A stretch of 64,000 bases of DNA from Octopus vulgaris (lineage: Eukaryota). The notes under the pieces are model-generated. The model was given only the letters and a program-made list of their open reading frames with translations, was not told the DNA's origin and ran no database searches. Shown piece after piece: positions 38,063-51,403 of this stretch. The translations under genes were made by a program, and so were the position numbers. The stretch spans positions 118,358,001 to 118,422,000 of the forward strand of contig OX597821.1 in assembly GCA_951406725.2 (NCBI GenBank), read 5' to 3'. The number at the start of each line of letters is the position of its first letter. Positions within the stretch are counted from its first letter, which is position 1.

Positions 38063-39504
38063 TATGGCATTTTTTTTCTAAATTTATGCTCTGAGTTCAA
38101 ATGCTACCAGAGTTAACTTTTCCTTCCATTCAGGGTCAATAAAATAAGTACAAGTTGAGGACTGGTCAGTGCTATGAACTTACGCTCGCTTCCAAAATTT
38201 CAAGCCTTGTGCATGGGTAATACAATGGATTATTATTATTTCTTGTCTATCATACTGCTGCCAACTTGGATGGCTGGTCCCTCTGTTAGGATCACAGTAA
38301 GAAGATCTCCTCTCAGGCGTACTCCACATCTAACAACCTGTAATGGTGGCACTTTTATGCCCCATTCCAGGCTTAGTTTTTGGCTTTTATGACTGTTTAA
38401 TTCACTGTTCCACCACCATGTCAACCTTGGTCTGGCTAAAACTTTGCTCCAGCTACAGATTTGGTTTTTAACAGTCAGGCAGGAGCAGTAAATCTGTGGG
38501 GGAGCATCAACATCATTTTGAGAGGTTCTGTTATATTTTTTATTATTATTATTATTGAAAAAGGAGGAGCTGGCAGAATCGCTAGCAATCTTTATTGAAC
38601 GAAATGCTTGAGCAGTATTTCGCTCATCACTACGTTCTGAGTTCAAATTCTGCCGGGGTCGACTTTGCCTTACACTGGGGTTGATGTAATCAACTCATCC
38701 CCACCCTTGTGGCAAAATTTGAAACCATTATTATTATTATTGAAACTTGCAAGAAAAGTCCCATCCTGTATTTTGCGAGGGTCCTAAGTAAAATTCTTGA
38801 GATTGAAGCCTGGGGAGACTTGTTATCACCAATTCTCAAGATAACCCATTCCTGTTATGTAATATAGCGTGGAATAGTTATATAATAATAAATGTCTCCA
38901 ATATAGTCTCAGGGCCTGAAATTTAGAGGAGAGTAGTTGATGCCATCAACCCAGTACCTGAGTTTAACTTCATTTTATTGAATCCAGTTGGAAGAATAGC
39001 ATAGTTGGCTTTGGCAGGACTTGAACTCAGAATAAGTCAGAAGTAATACCACAAGGCATTTTGTCCAGTGCTCTAATAATTCCTCCAAGCCACCACCCAA
39101 CAATGATGATGATAATAATCCTTTCCAATAAAAGGAACAAGGTTTGAAATTTGACAATGGCTGGTAAGCTGAAAGGCTGCTTGATTGTTGACCCTGGTGC
39201 TCAACTGGTATTTATTTTATTATCACTAACCATTCCAAGATAAAGTTAACTTCAGTGGGATAATAATAATAATAATGGTAATAATAATAACAATAAAAAT
39301 TAAAAATGGCCTGATGAAGCAGCAGGCAATGGCTCTCATGGTTTCTAAATTGAGTGATCAGAAGTGTTATGCACATTGTTTGGTCTTGGTATAAAAGATG
39401 GGCTACAACAAATATTCTGCTCAATACCACAGATTTGCTTGTCAGTTGCTGGACCATAACCATTTGAACATGTCTCTTACTGGCTGACGATATGTGCATC
39501 TTTG

Positions 39505-41130
39505 ATCATCATCATCATTATCGTTTAATGTCTGCTTTCCATGCTGGCATGGGTTGGACGGTTTGACTGGGGACTGGCAAGCCATGACGCTGCACCAGGT
39601 GCCAGTCTGATCTGGAGACAGGTTTCTACAGCTGGATGCCCTTCCTAACACCAACCACTGAGAGTGTAGTGGGTGCTTTTTATGTGCCACCAGTAGGGGA
39701 GCCAGTTGGGGTAGGGGGGCTGCCATCGACCTCATTCGGATGGTGCTGTTTATGTGCCACTGGCATGGGGAGCCAGTCAGTCAGGAGCAGAAATAGTGGG
39801 GGAGCATCATAGCCATATGTTGAGAGGAAAATTCTTTGGAGTGGTGATTGACACAGATGGTAGAGTTTTGGACAACATGGGTGCATCATCCTTAACCAAT
39901 CTTTATTCAGGAACCTTTTGAGGAGGATGGGCTGCTCAACATGAACAAAATTCTAACTGGGCCCCACCTGCAAAGTCATGTGCTCTTCATCTTGATATGA
40001 GGTCACCATATTGCACACATATGTTTGTGATGCATGTGCCTGGTGTACCCTTATCAGATGGGTAGTCATGATGGGTGTGTATTGGGTTTTGTATATTTGT
40101 ACCCAGGCATCAATTTGGTGGCATATGCTAATCTCTCATTCACTTATTTTATTGACCCCCAAAAATGAAAGGCACAGTTGACCTTGGCAGAATTTGAACT
40201 CAGACCATGAAGATGGATGAAATACTGATAAACATTTTGCCCAACATGGAAATGACTCTGCCAGCTTGCCACCTTAGGAATAATAATAATAATTTCCTAA
40301 TGCCAACCATTCCGAGAGTGTAGTGGGTGCTTTTTATGTACCACTGGCACGGGAGCCAATCAGATGGCACTGGCAACGTGCTGCCTGACTGGCTCCTGTG
40401 CTGGTATCACGTAAAAAAACACCATCCGAACATGGCTGATGCCAGTGCCACCACCCCAACTGCTGCTGTGCCAGTAACACATAAAAAACACCATCCGAAT
40501 GTGGCCAATGCCAGTGTCACCACCCTGACTGGCTCCTGTGCTGGTGGCACGTAAAAACCACCATCCGAACGTGGCCGATGCAAGTGCCGCCTGACTGGCT
40601 CTCGTGCTGGTGGCACGTAAAAAGCACCCACTACACTCTTGGAGTAGCTGGCATTACGAAGGGCATTCAGCTGTAGGAACATTGCCAGATCAGATTGAAG
40701 CCTGGTGCGACCTCCTGGCTCGCCAGTCCCCAGTCAAACCGTCCAACCCATGCCAGCATCGAAAATGGATGTTAAACGATGATGATGATTACCAAAAGCA
40801 GTTGTGCATCAGAGTAGATTTCTTAGTGTAATTAATTTCGTCTTTACAAATTCTAGGTTCAAATCCCCGCAAAGGTCAACCTCCTGGGGTCGATAAAATG
40901 CATCAATCATCTCTAAGGGTTAATATAATTGATTACATCTCTTCTACAAATTTGTTCCATTGTCATCATCATCATCTTTTAACATCCATTGTCCATGCTG
41001 GTATGGGTTGGACAGTTTGACCAGGGCTGGTAAGTTGAAAGGCTGCACAAGACTTCAGTCTGATTTGGCATGGTTTCTATGGCTGGTTGTCCTCTCTAAT
41101 GCCAACCATTCCAAGAGTGTAATGGGTGTA
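39505..41130. mobile_element. Cluster of SINE / RTE-tail-like repeats ending in (GAT)n
   Basis: Repeated CCATGCTGGCATGGGTTGGACGGTTTGAC motif at about 39540, 40735 (reverse complement), 40995 and 42080; internal GGTGGCACGTAAAAA subrepeats at 40330-40630. Confidence 0.7.
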
Positions 41131-41281
41131 GCCTTGAAATGATAATTACATAATAATTATAATTAGTAAATTATTACCGTAACACATACTAATGATGTTG
41201 ATGGTTAATGAGATGTAAGCTTGTGTAAATTCTAATTCTTATTTCTTTTTTGTTTTCTTCTTTTTTTTTTTATATTTTCAG

Positions 41282-41414
41282 TTGCGGTTTATATCTCCTG
41301 AAGCGACTTCATCTTTGATAAAGCTTTCAGAGCATAGACAGAGGAGACCCATAAAAAGCAGAGAAGATTAGCCGAGCCATGCTTGCCTATATCGAAGCAG
41401 AGCAAAAGCACATG
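41282..41414 (+). CDS. MRPS9: MRPS9 exon 2 (contains apparent indels)
   Basis: Long polypyrimidine tract, TTTTCAG acceptor, G|GTATCT donor. Encodes LRFISPE..., then AEKISRAMLAYIE and RAKAH in different frames (compare the KISKAMKAYLERA motif of invertebrate mRpS9). Confidence 0.75.
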
Positions 41415-41449
41415 GTATCTCTCGCTTTCTCTTTATAACCGAAATATTA

Positions 41450-41689
41450 TTGGGTTGGGGAATAATTATTGTGGCTTTTTCCAACAAATTTTATTCAACA
41501 AAAATAATAACATGTAATGGAAACATCTTTAAATGATTATTCTGGAGCATATTCACCATCTACTTCAATTACTGCTTCCCATTTGCTTGGCAGACGGTCA
41601 GACCGTCATTTAAAGATGTTTTTGTTAAATATTGTTATTGTTTTTTTGAAATTTGTTGAAAAAGCCGCAATAATTATGCACCAACCCAA
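41450..41689. mobile_element. Mariner MITE
   Basis: TIRs TTGGGTTGGGGAATAATTATTGTGGC and GCCGCAATAATTATGCACCAACCCAA, flanked by TA. Confidence 0.8.
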
Positions 41690-42949
41690 TAATAGTGAAT
41701 CTACAAATTTTTGATTGTGTTAAGCTGGGAAAAAGTGTGTGTGTGTGTATGTGTGTGGAGTAGTGAAGGCTGATACAGATGGTAGAGTGTTGGACAAAAT
41801 ACACTCAAGTATATTATTTTGAGTTCAAATCCTGCCAGAGTTAACTAACTACACTTCCATTAATCTTGGGGCTCATGAAAGCATGGCTGTGTGGTAAAGA
41901 AACTTGCTTCCTTACCGTATGGTGTCAGGTTCAATCTTAGTGTAGCACCTTGGGCAAGTGTCTTCTACCATAACCCCAGGTTGACCAAAGCCTTGGGAAT
42001 GGATTTGATACATGGAAACTTAAAGAAGCCTATTTCATAAATATATCATCATCATCATCACTGTCATTTGTTTGTTTTCCATGCTGGTATGGGTTGGACG
42101 GTTTGACCAGGACTGGCCAGCCAGAGAGCTGCACTGCCAGGCGCCCTTGGTTTCTTTTGATGTGGTTTTCTATGTTTGGATGCCTTCCTAATGCCAACCA
42201 CTTTCCAGTGTGTACCAAGTGCTATTTATATGGCACCTGCACCAGTGCTTTATACGTGGCACCAGCACAAATGGTTCTTTATGTGGCGCCATGCCCTTGT
42301 CTTGATTTCTTGTGATGGTTATAAACAAACATCACCATCATACAAGTGATGTTGTTCATTTTCGGTCTTCTTTGAAAAACGTGTCAGGCCTTGGGGAAAA
42401 TATTACTTTATTTCAAAACCGGTGAGGTTTGGCAACAGGAAGGGATTCCATCTTTTTGAAAATTTGATCCCAACATATTCTGTCTGACTTATTCATGCAT
42501 GGAAAGTGGATGCGCAGGAGTGGCTGTGTGGTAAGTAGCTTGCTTACCAATCACATAGTTCCGGGTTCATTCCAACTGCATGGTACCTTCGGCAAGTGTC
42601 TTCTACATTGCAATGAGATGTCTTCTCCTTTGTACCTTACATCTCACTCTCTGGGTATTCATCCACATAAATGTGTAAATTTTATGGATTTGTTTTAAAG
42701 TAATTACCCATCCATCCATCTCCTCTACCCATTATTCCTTCTATAGAGTTCCTCTTGGAACCAACAGCCAATACACTTCCCTGCTGGATTCCCAAGCATG
42801 ATCATTTTCCACCCATCTCATTCTTGGTCTACCCCTAGGTCTCCTGCTGGTTAGTCACAGCGAAGAATTTGTCTTGTGATCCTTTCCTATGGCATTCTAA
42901 CTCCACATGCTAAGATGACAAATATTCATCAAATTTTCTTTCTTGACAG

Positions 42950-43052
42950 ATGCACAGATGAAAGGAAAATTGCACAGTATGAAATTGGTAAAAGACATTT
43001 GGCCAACATAATGAGTAAAAATGCAGAGACTTTCACTCAAGAAGACATAGAC
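42950..43052 (+). CDS. MRPS9: MRPS9 exon 3
   Basis: TTTCTTGACAG acceptor, GTAAGG donor. [25 protein letters not shown] matches the conserved [22 protein letters not shown] block of mitochondrial S9. Confidence 0.9.
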
Positions 43053-43131
43053 GTAAGGGGTTTTCTCTTTTATCTTTGACAGTTTGCAAAAATAGTCTTC
43101 TGGAATTCAGATTTAGATAATCAATTGCCAG

Positions 43132-43231
43132 NNNNNNNNNNNNNNNNNNNNNNNNNNNNNNNNNNNNNNNNNNNNNNNNNNNNNNNNNNNNNNNNNNNNN
43201 NNNNNNNNNNNNNNNNNNNNNNNNNNNNNNN
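43132..43231. other. Assembly gap (100 N)
   Basis: Run of N. Confidence 1.
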
Positions 43232-44397
43232 CATGGTTGTCTTTTGGTCAAATTGCCAGATCAAAAACTGATCCGGGAAGGCTTTAGCGTCGGTATTTAT
43301 ACATTTGGTGAACAATTGAAACGAATTGCAAAACATGTGTGATGGGAATATCTCACGAAAATAATTAAGAAAGCAAAAGTTGCAAATTAAGACTGACAAA
43401 GATCATCCGAAATACGAATGTCTGAAAGTTATTTTTAATCATATGCTTTTGTTTGTAGAAGCATTAATTGTTTTCATTAAAGCAAACTGGATTGGTAGCG
43501 TTTGAAATCACCACGTTTTATAATACCTGATAGCAATATCATTATGCCTTGACAAATTTTTCCATACAGAGAATGGGTCAATAGAAGAAATCCTCCCTTT
43601 AAAATGAAAAATATCTTAAGTTTGTAAATTTTTAAACGTTTACTATATACTAGAACAAATATTTCAGTACGATACTACATGCATTTGTGTACAATAGCGT
43701 CGTTAGAAAACTATCAAATAATATTACAATAGGATGTACTAGCATCTGTTAAGCATCAGTTAAATGTCCCCGTTCTATAAACAAATTTTGAAAATAATAA
43801 AATAAAAGACCACTTAGACGAAGGGTTTCAACCGGGGTACATGTTAGATTTTTAGGGACCCACGGGTGCAATATAGTAAATTGGGGAGCCAGTGTACTTT
43901 AGACCAGTAGTTTCCAGAGTGGATTTCTAGTCTTCTAACATTCCAATGGTGCTCTTCCAGGTTTAGAAACCTGTTTAAAAAACGTCCTGAAAAATGTTGC
44001 TAGAAAACCTGTCTTTCCTAATTTACTTTCTAAAACAAGGTCAATGAAAAGATGATTAATAAAAAAAAAACAGAACATTTATATGTGAAGCTGGGCATAA
44101 TACTTAGCAAAAACAACGTCAACAACAAGGATGCCGAGAACAGTAGCAACAACAAAAAATAAATTTTAAAAAAGCAAACACACATACACACAGACTTATC
44201 GTTTACTATCTACTGGAACAAATATTTCAGTCTGATACGGCATGCATTTGTGCACAATAGCGTCAATCGAATAATATTGCTACAGGATGTACTAGCTCAC
44301 TTCTAGCGTCTGTTATAAGCCTCCGTTCTACAAACAATGAAAATAAAACGATGAACGCTACCCAAACTCTATCAGAGTATTGTGCATCTATGTGTAC

Positions 44398-44400
<3 letters not shown>
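43232..44400 (-). promoter_or_regulatory. Paralogous promoter, 5' UTR and ATG of a second secreted-peptide gene; coding exon lost in the gap
   Basis: Aligns to 2717-3900. ATG at 43234-43232, Inr 43272-43266, TATA 43301-43295. Confidence 0.8.
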
Positions 44401-44471
<71 letters not shown>

Positions 44472-44509
44472 TACTAATTAGATATCGGGATTGAAATTAA
44501 TGGAAAAAT

Positions 44510-46420
44510 GTGGATAACGTATGATTAACAAGAATTAATTGGGGTCGTGGGGACGCCACAAGCCACGTACCGTCACTGATCACTTTTCTATTTGTCTATA
44601 GATATTTGCGCTCAAGTTAGATCATTCATGCTCATCAAACGCTCCACACTCTTCTATCTTACTGCAAACTTCCGCGGTGGGAGGTACTTTCTCTCCATCC
44701 TTATTTTCCTTTTTAGTTGGTATTTAAAATGCTTTACCAAACCAAGGCTGGAGAGAAAGATGCCTTTAGCAATTCCTTTCAAGCGTGTCAACCATACGAC
44801 CACTTTTTGCGACAGCCACAATGCAAGGAAAGTTAACAACCTTTCCTTGTTAAGAGAAGGCGGTGGATCGATCTGATTAGGGACTCGGTAGATAGTTGTA
44901 CTCTTTCTATGCGTGGTGGCAGGTATTCGACATAAACTCTTAGTTCTGATATCCGCGGGCACTGTACGATCGCGTGCAAGACAGTTTCACTTCTCTGCTC
45001 GCATCTCGGACATGTAGGCATGGTAGAACTACTGTGTCTAAAAAGCTTATCTCGAACGTGTAATGCTCCTCGGTAGCACTGCCAGGCCAGGGGTTTCCGA
45101 TAGTTATTGATAGGCGTCGTCCAAAAGTCCGCCGGAACAGACCGGCAAGTTGACTGTCATCGAAACCCAGAGTCTCCCGTAGGACGTCATCACATGTGCT
45201 TGTAACGAACCCTCTATAGAAGGACGAGGTGGAACCCCAACTGCTCGCATTGGCCGTCTAGGAGAGAAGAGAAGGTGTGCTTGACGGCACTCCGCTTGCA
45301 ACGAACTCAGGTAAATGATGACAGATGCGATGAACACATTTGCTACCTCCACCCTTCCTTTCAGGGATAGCTTCCTCCCAAACCATGTTTAGGTTAGATG
45401 GGCCACCGTGCTCGTAACCACCAGTACATTTTCATTGAGCCCTGAATAGCTAAAGAGTGATCTTGACTTAAAGAATATTTATTTTGAGAAAAAATCTGCA
45501 TCTTATTAGATATTATATGCCGGTCTTTATTGGAGAACAGGGGACAATGGAATATGTTGATTTATAAATAAATTAAAGTTACCGCTTTTATTAAACCAAA
45601 AGAAGTGCGCGATGCTATTTCTAATAAATAGATATTAAATTGAACAATACTTCGACGTCTATCTATCAATCTGGGACTGAAAAGGAAAACTGAAAACTAC
45701 GTAGGAAACGTTGCGCTTGGTGGATGAGAAAATATTCACTCCAAACTAGGAGATTTGTCTGAAATATATTGGTAACGTTCATGCTACACTTTCGAAATGT
45801 TAGCGAAATTTCACCACCAGATTATCACTAACGGAAGTCCGTCATTCTCACAAGCTTATCACTAAAGGAACTCTTGCCATTCTAGGCAAAGGTGGAAGGC
45901 AAGGTATCATCCTGGATTATAAACAGTTCGGTTATACATGTCACAGCAGCTGTTTTGATATAATTCCACACGCCAGCAATGCTCGGACTTTGTACAACTA
46001 CATGCAGAACGCATGCGTCGCTCTGTGTATATTTCAGGCAAGCCCAGCAGACGGCACTACCGAAACTGTAGACTGTACCTTGAACTGGCAATGCTCCTAC
46101 TCCTTCCAACAGAATAGCCAGGTTAAGGATTTTTGGAAGGCTGGACGTCCTACTGGAGAGACCAGATAGTTGATTCTTTTAAATTCCGAGAATCTTACCG
46201 AAGACATCATCGCAATTGCCTTTATAGAAGGCCATGATGGATCATCCACCGATTACATTGCCCTACTAACAGAAGGCCATGAAGCCTGAAGACACACTTG
46301 GCGCCAGGCACTCTGCCTCGACCTATGCTGAATCCTGCACTGCAGCTAAGGAGAAAAGACAAGTTGTGAAAAACTGTGAATAAAATAATGGCGTCTGCAG
46401 AAGTAGCAGCCTGCCGAAAT
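44510..46420 (-). mobile_element. L1/Tx1-clade LINE remnants (two pieces)
   Basis: LAWQCYRGALHVRDKL...CPRCEQRSETVLHAIVQCP zinc-knuckle region; a second decayed copy at 45860-46420. Confidence 0.7.
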
Positions 46421-46440
46421 CATTCAAGAATTTTATAGTA

Positions 46441-46986
46441 TTGGGTTATCCGGAAAGTTCCTGCCGATTTATAGTAGCTTACCTTTCGACTTATTTTAGA
46501 ACATGGTTGAGTCCATAAAATAGGATTTGACTACACTTCCATTTAGAGCACAGTTTAAGCTATCTTTTCGTGGAAGAAGGTTTACGTTCCTATAACCCTT
46601 TAAAATGAAGATAAGAAAGTTCCTTTTCGGCACTTGATGCTTTGGGAACCAGACAAAAATTGCCGCAACTCACCTGAGATGTGTTACTCCACCCTCCATA
46701 TTCACCAGATATTGCTCTTTAGGATTTCCACTTATTCAGGTCTCTGCAGAATAGTCTTAATGGTAAAAATTTCAATTCCCTGGATGACGTAAAAAGATAC
46801 CTTGATGAATTCTTTGCCATGAAACCACCTCAATTCTGGGAAGAGGGTATTTTCAAGTTAAAGGAAAGATGGAGACGCATTGTGCAACAAAATGTTTCAT
46901 ATTTGGTTGATTAAAATGTAATGGCAAGTATTTATTGACCTTTTTCTTTCCTTTAAAAATTCGCATGAACTTTCTGGACAACCCAA
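46441..46986 (+). mobile_element. Internally deleted mariner
   Basis: TA-flanked TIRs TTGGGTTATCCGGAAAGTTC and GAACTTTCTGGACAACCCAA; HPPYSPDIAL*DFHLFRSLQN...ERWRRIV. Confidence 0.9.
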
Positions 46987-46989
46987 TAT

Positions 46990-47745
46990 ATTCTATGAGA
47001 TGTAATTCGAACAAAGAACAGCTCAAATGCGGCAGTGAAGAATTGGCAGGTAACAACATAGCTGACAAAAGAACTAAATTACCGATGGCTGGAACACTTT
47101 CAAGAAATATTTAACGAACTGTACAGCAATGGCCAGCAAAAGAATAAGCTAGCCCTAGATGTAGATACAGATCAAATAAGGAGCGGACAACGAAAGCAAT
47201 CAAAGAGTGAAAATACAACGAGGCTACTGAATTCGATGAAATCACCGTAGGAATGCTCATAGATAGAGAAAATACTGTAGTGAGTTAATTGCTATGTCTG
47301 GTGGGCAGAAGGTGTAATATAAGTGGCGAGAGGGAATCACTGTGGAATTGCGAAATAATGGAGATCTGTCCATCAACAGTAACTGGCTTTTAGTGTCGGG
47401 TCAATTTTTTGGTGCAGTACTTCTAAACAAGACAAGGGAAGCTGTAGAAGTTATACTGTAACACAAGAGGAACAAGATGAATTTCGCAACAACTTATTCT
47501 GTCCTGAGCAAATCTTCCCACTCAAAAATTTAATTGAACAGTATGTTGAGTATCAAATATCACAAAAGCTAAAATTTATTGACTTTAGAAAGGCAGTTCA
47601 TAGTATCTACAAAGAGTCCTTGTGTAGAAAAGCTTGGAACTATGGCTTTCCTTAATACCTTGTCAATCTCTTTAAAGAATTTTACACAAATTCGCTATGC
47701 CTTTTTCCAATGGAAACAAGGAAAATAGACTTCTTCGACAGTTTT
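46990..47745 (+). mobile_element. Decayed RTE RT fragment
   Basis: RWLEHFQEIFN and FIDFRKA remnants. Confidence 0.6.
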
Positions 47746-47749
47746 TTTT

Positions 47750-48330
47750 CTGTCTTTAACCCTCCAGCACGGAGTATAGGCCACTCATAATTGAATTCCA
47801 TGTCGCATATTTTTTCGCTTCTGTACTTATACTCTGCCATGAAAGTCCCTCTTTCTCTAGTTCTTTTTGTGTTAATCTACGCCACGAGTTCTTAGGCCTA
47901 CCTTTCTTTCTATATCCATCCGGATTCCACTGTAAATAACTTTTCGCTACATTTGCTGTGTCTTTTCTAATTGTGCTACCAATCCACTTCCAGTTTTTCT
48001 TAAATATTTGCTCCCTAATCGAAACTTGATTTGTTCTTTGCCATAGCTCCATATTGCTTATGTGTTTGGGCCATCTAATTTTAAGTATTCTACGCAAGCA
48101 TCTGTTGATGAATGATTGTATTTGCTTATTTGACTTAACTGTTGTTCGCCATGTCCCAGCCCCATACAATAACACCGCTTTTACGTTAATGCTAAAAATT
48201 CATATTTTGTTCTTTATTGAAATTACCCTTGAATCTGTCGACAACCGTGGAATTAGTAAAGCTGCAGATGTATTCCTGAGAATCTGTGCTATTTGGTCTT
48301 CCACCACCATCGGCAAATCTACAATAGAAT
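47750..48330 (-). mobile_element. RTE-clade LINE 3' end
   Basis: LLYGAGTW...QSFINRCLRRILKIRWPKHISN...LQWNPDGYRKKGRPKNSWRR. Confidence 0.88.
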
Positions 48331-48885
48331 AGTTCTCCCAACAGGCCTTTATGCCAGCGAGACATCGAAGAACATTGTGAAAAGAGAAAACTAGATGCGT
48401 TCCATGAAAGATCCTTGAGAAAGATCCTGCGATCGTTCTGGCAAGACCATTTATATATTGACGACAGCAAAATCGTTAGAGAATGAAGACTAAAATTAGT
48501 AAGCCATAAATTCCGGCTACCAAAACAATACCATTCAAAATCAACGGACTGAAAACGAAAGAGAAAAACACCAGCGAAAAGCGCAGCCAATAGACACCAG
48601 TGACAAAGTATTACCTACCCTATGTGTTCTTCACCCCAGGGAAAATTATGATATTTTATCGAGCCTCAAGAAGAATAACAGGTATAGTCGACCTTGTAAC
48701 AAATCAGACAACGTTATGGCATTTTCTCACACAAAAACAAAGAAAAACTGATTTATGCATCATGCAAGTGAACTTAAGACAATTCATGTTACATAACAGG
48801 TTTTGAGTTGAAACTTATAAATGTGCATATGATTATAAGGCTGTCTATTTACTTCTGTCATGTCAGTACTGATATATGTGTATAT

Positions 48886-48944
<59 letters not shown>

Positions 48945-48945
48945 A

Positions 48946-48992
<47 letters not shown>

Positions 48993-49123
48993 ACACATAT
49001 ATATATGTATGTATGCATGTACGTATTCCTATCTTTTGATATGTGCATATACATACATAAACACACATATGTAATTATATGTATTTATGTGTGCGTGTGT
49101 GAATATATATATGGATATATCTA

Positions 49124-49182
<59 letters not shown>

Positions 49183-49261
49183 AGTTGAGTTGTGGGGTAT
49201 CACACGAGTGGGATTATATAAGAAAAAAGGTTTGAAAATGCAATTTAAACGATGTTTATTT

Positions 49262-49302
49262 ACTTAACCGGTTTCACTCTTTGGTAAAAGATTGTCAAAA
49301 GT
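49262..49302 (-). ncRNA. Minimal hammerhead variant (U3-A8)
   Basis: ACTT-TTGACAA-TCTTTTACCAAAGAGT-GAAACCGGTT-AAGT on the element sense strand, near its 3' end. Confidence 0.6.
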
Positions 49303-49317
49303 TACATTTAAGGAAAC

Positions 49318-49545
49318 ATTGAATAATATGGGTTCAAAAAAAGTTTTTTACATAATTGTCACATTGAATATTATGCATTCAAAAAAGTTTTTTACATAAT
49401 TGTCACATTGGATATTATGGGTTCAAAAAAAGTTTTTTACATAATTGTCACATTGAATATTATGCATTCAAAAAAGTTTTTTACATAATTGTCACATTGG
49501 ATATTATGAATTCAAAAATGTTTTTTTATACATAATTGTCACATT
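49318..49545. repeat. About 44-bp tandem repeat, about 5 copies, inside the pLTR
   Basis: Unit TTGAATATTATGCATTCAAAAAAGTTTTTTACATAATTGTCACA; fewer copies in the other arm (54130-54290). Confidence 0.9.
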
Positions 49546-50111
49546 ATTTGGGAAAATTTGGCAGAAAAGGATAAAACAAATATATTATTGGGAATTGGTT
49601 GCGTTAATTATTGGTTGTCGCAAATTGTCACATTACATGTATATATATACAATCTTTGGTATATATATACAGCGTTTTGACAGCAAAAATTAAAATGGAT
49701 TTTTTGTACATCTCAGAATATTTTAAGTATGTTTTTACTGACCTGTCAGTATTAGCAGAAAGGCTGAACTGAGAGAACAGAAGAAGTAGCCAATGTGGTG
49801 TATACTTCCCCTTTATGCATGAATGATTTTGGGGTTATCAGGAGGTTAGTATGCGGGTGTGAATAGATGTGTCCGTGCCTGCTGGTCAGACAGCGTCTGT
49901 TTGTCACACACATATATATACACACAAACACACACACACACAACAACAACACACACACACACACACATAGTATACAAACACACACCACATACAAACAACA
50001 CACACACACACAGAACACACACACCCACACACAACGCACCCACATATATCACATATACACACAGCACACAAATATAACATGTATCTATATATAACATACA
50101 CAGATATATAA

Positions 50112-50158
<47 letters not shown>

Positions 50159-50966
50159 CACACGCACACATACATACATAATATAAATATCACACAAATA
50201 CACCTAGCATATATATACACACATACAATACACACATACAGCATGTAAGTAATATACATACACAATATATGCATGCAATATACATACGCAATACATACAT
50301 ATAATATATATATATATAGACAATGCATATACATATATACACATATACATATAAATAGTGTTTACATACACATACATAGATGTACCACATATACACACAA
50401 CACACATACATACAATGCATACACATACACGTACGCATACATATAATATATATATACACACACACACACATAACATACATACACACACAATGCATACATA
50501 TATATACACGCAATGCATATACATGTATTCATGCACATATAGCACACCTACAATATACATATATACAGTGCACACATACACACAAATATATACACTTAAT
50601 TGTACACGTACATATACAATACACATACATACAATATACATATACACAATGCGCATGCAAATAATGTACATGTTTATACACACATAAACATGCAAATAAA
50701 TATACGCACACACACATACACACACACACATATATATACACATATATATATATATATATATACACACATACATACATACATACATGCACATACATATATT
50801 TTTTCACACACATACACACACATATATATATATAAAAAATTCACCACCCCCCACACACACAAATTACAAACCTATAGCGTACACACTCAAATATATCTCT
50901 ACATGCCGCACACACACACAAACAAAGTACTAACATATACACACATACCATGCATATACACACACA

Positions 50967-51003
<37 letters not shown>

Positions 51004-51169
51004 AAAACAGATACATATGTAAATACATACACACGTACACAATGCTCACACACACACACACACACATACACACACACCCGCACACAGTGCACACACACAC
51101 ACACACATATACACACGTGCACACACACACACACATACAACGCGCGCACACACACATGCACACAGTGCT

Positions 51170-51209
<40 letters not shown>

Positions 51210-51403
51210 CACACACAACACTCACACACATACATCACCTACATATATATAATGCATGCGTGTGCATGCCACGTATGTGTGCGGTCAATGCCCGCTAGTG
51301 TGTCCTATGCGTGCCGATGCGCGCATGTGCCCGCCCGCACGATATGCTGTGAGCGTGCGCGCGTCCCTGTGTGCTTGCTCTGGATGTGCTTCCAGGGGGT
51401 ATG

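Noticed and set aside
41282-41310. TCC TGA resembling the antizyme +1 frameshift site
   Set aside because: The shifted frame stops after about 24 codons with no antizyme similarity; the exon is explained by MRPS9.
49318-49545. Regular short repeats suggestive of a CRISPR array
   Set aside because: Head-to-tail minisatellite without unique spacers, in a eukaryotic retroelement.
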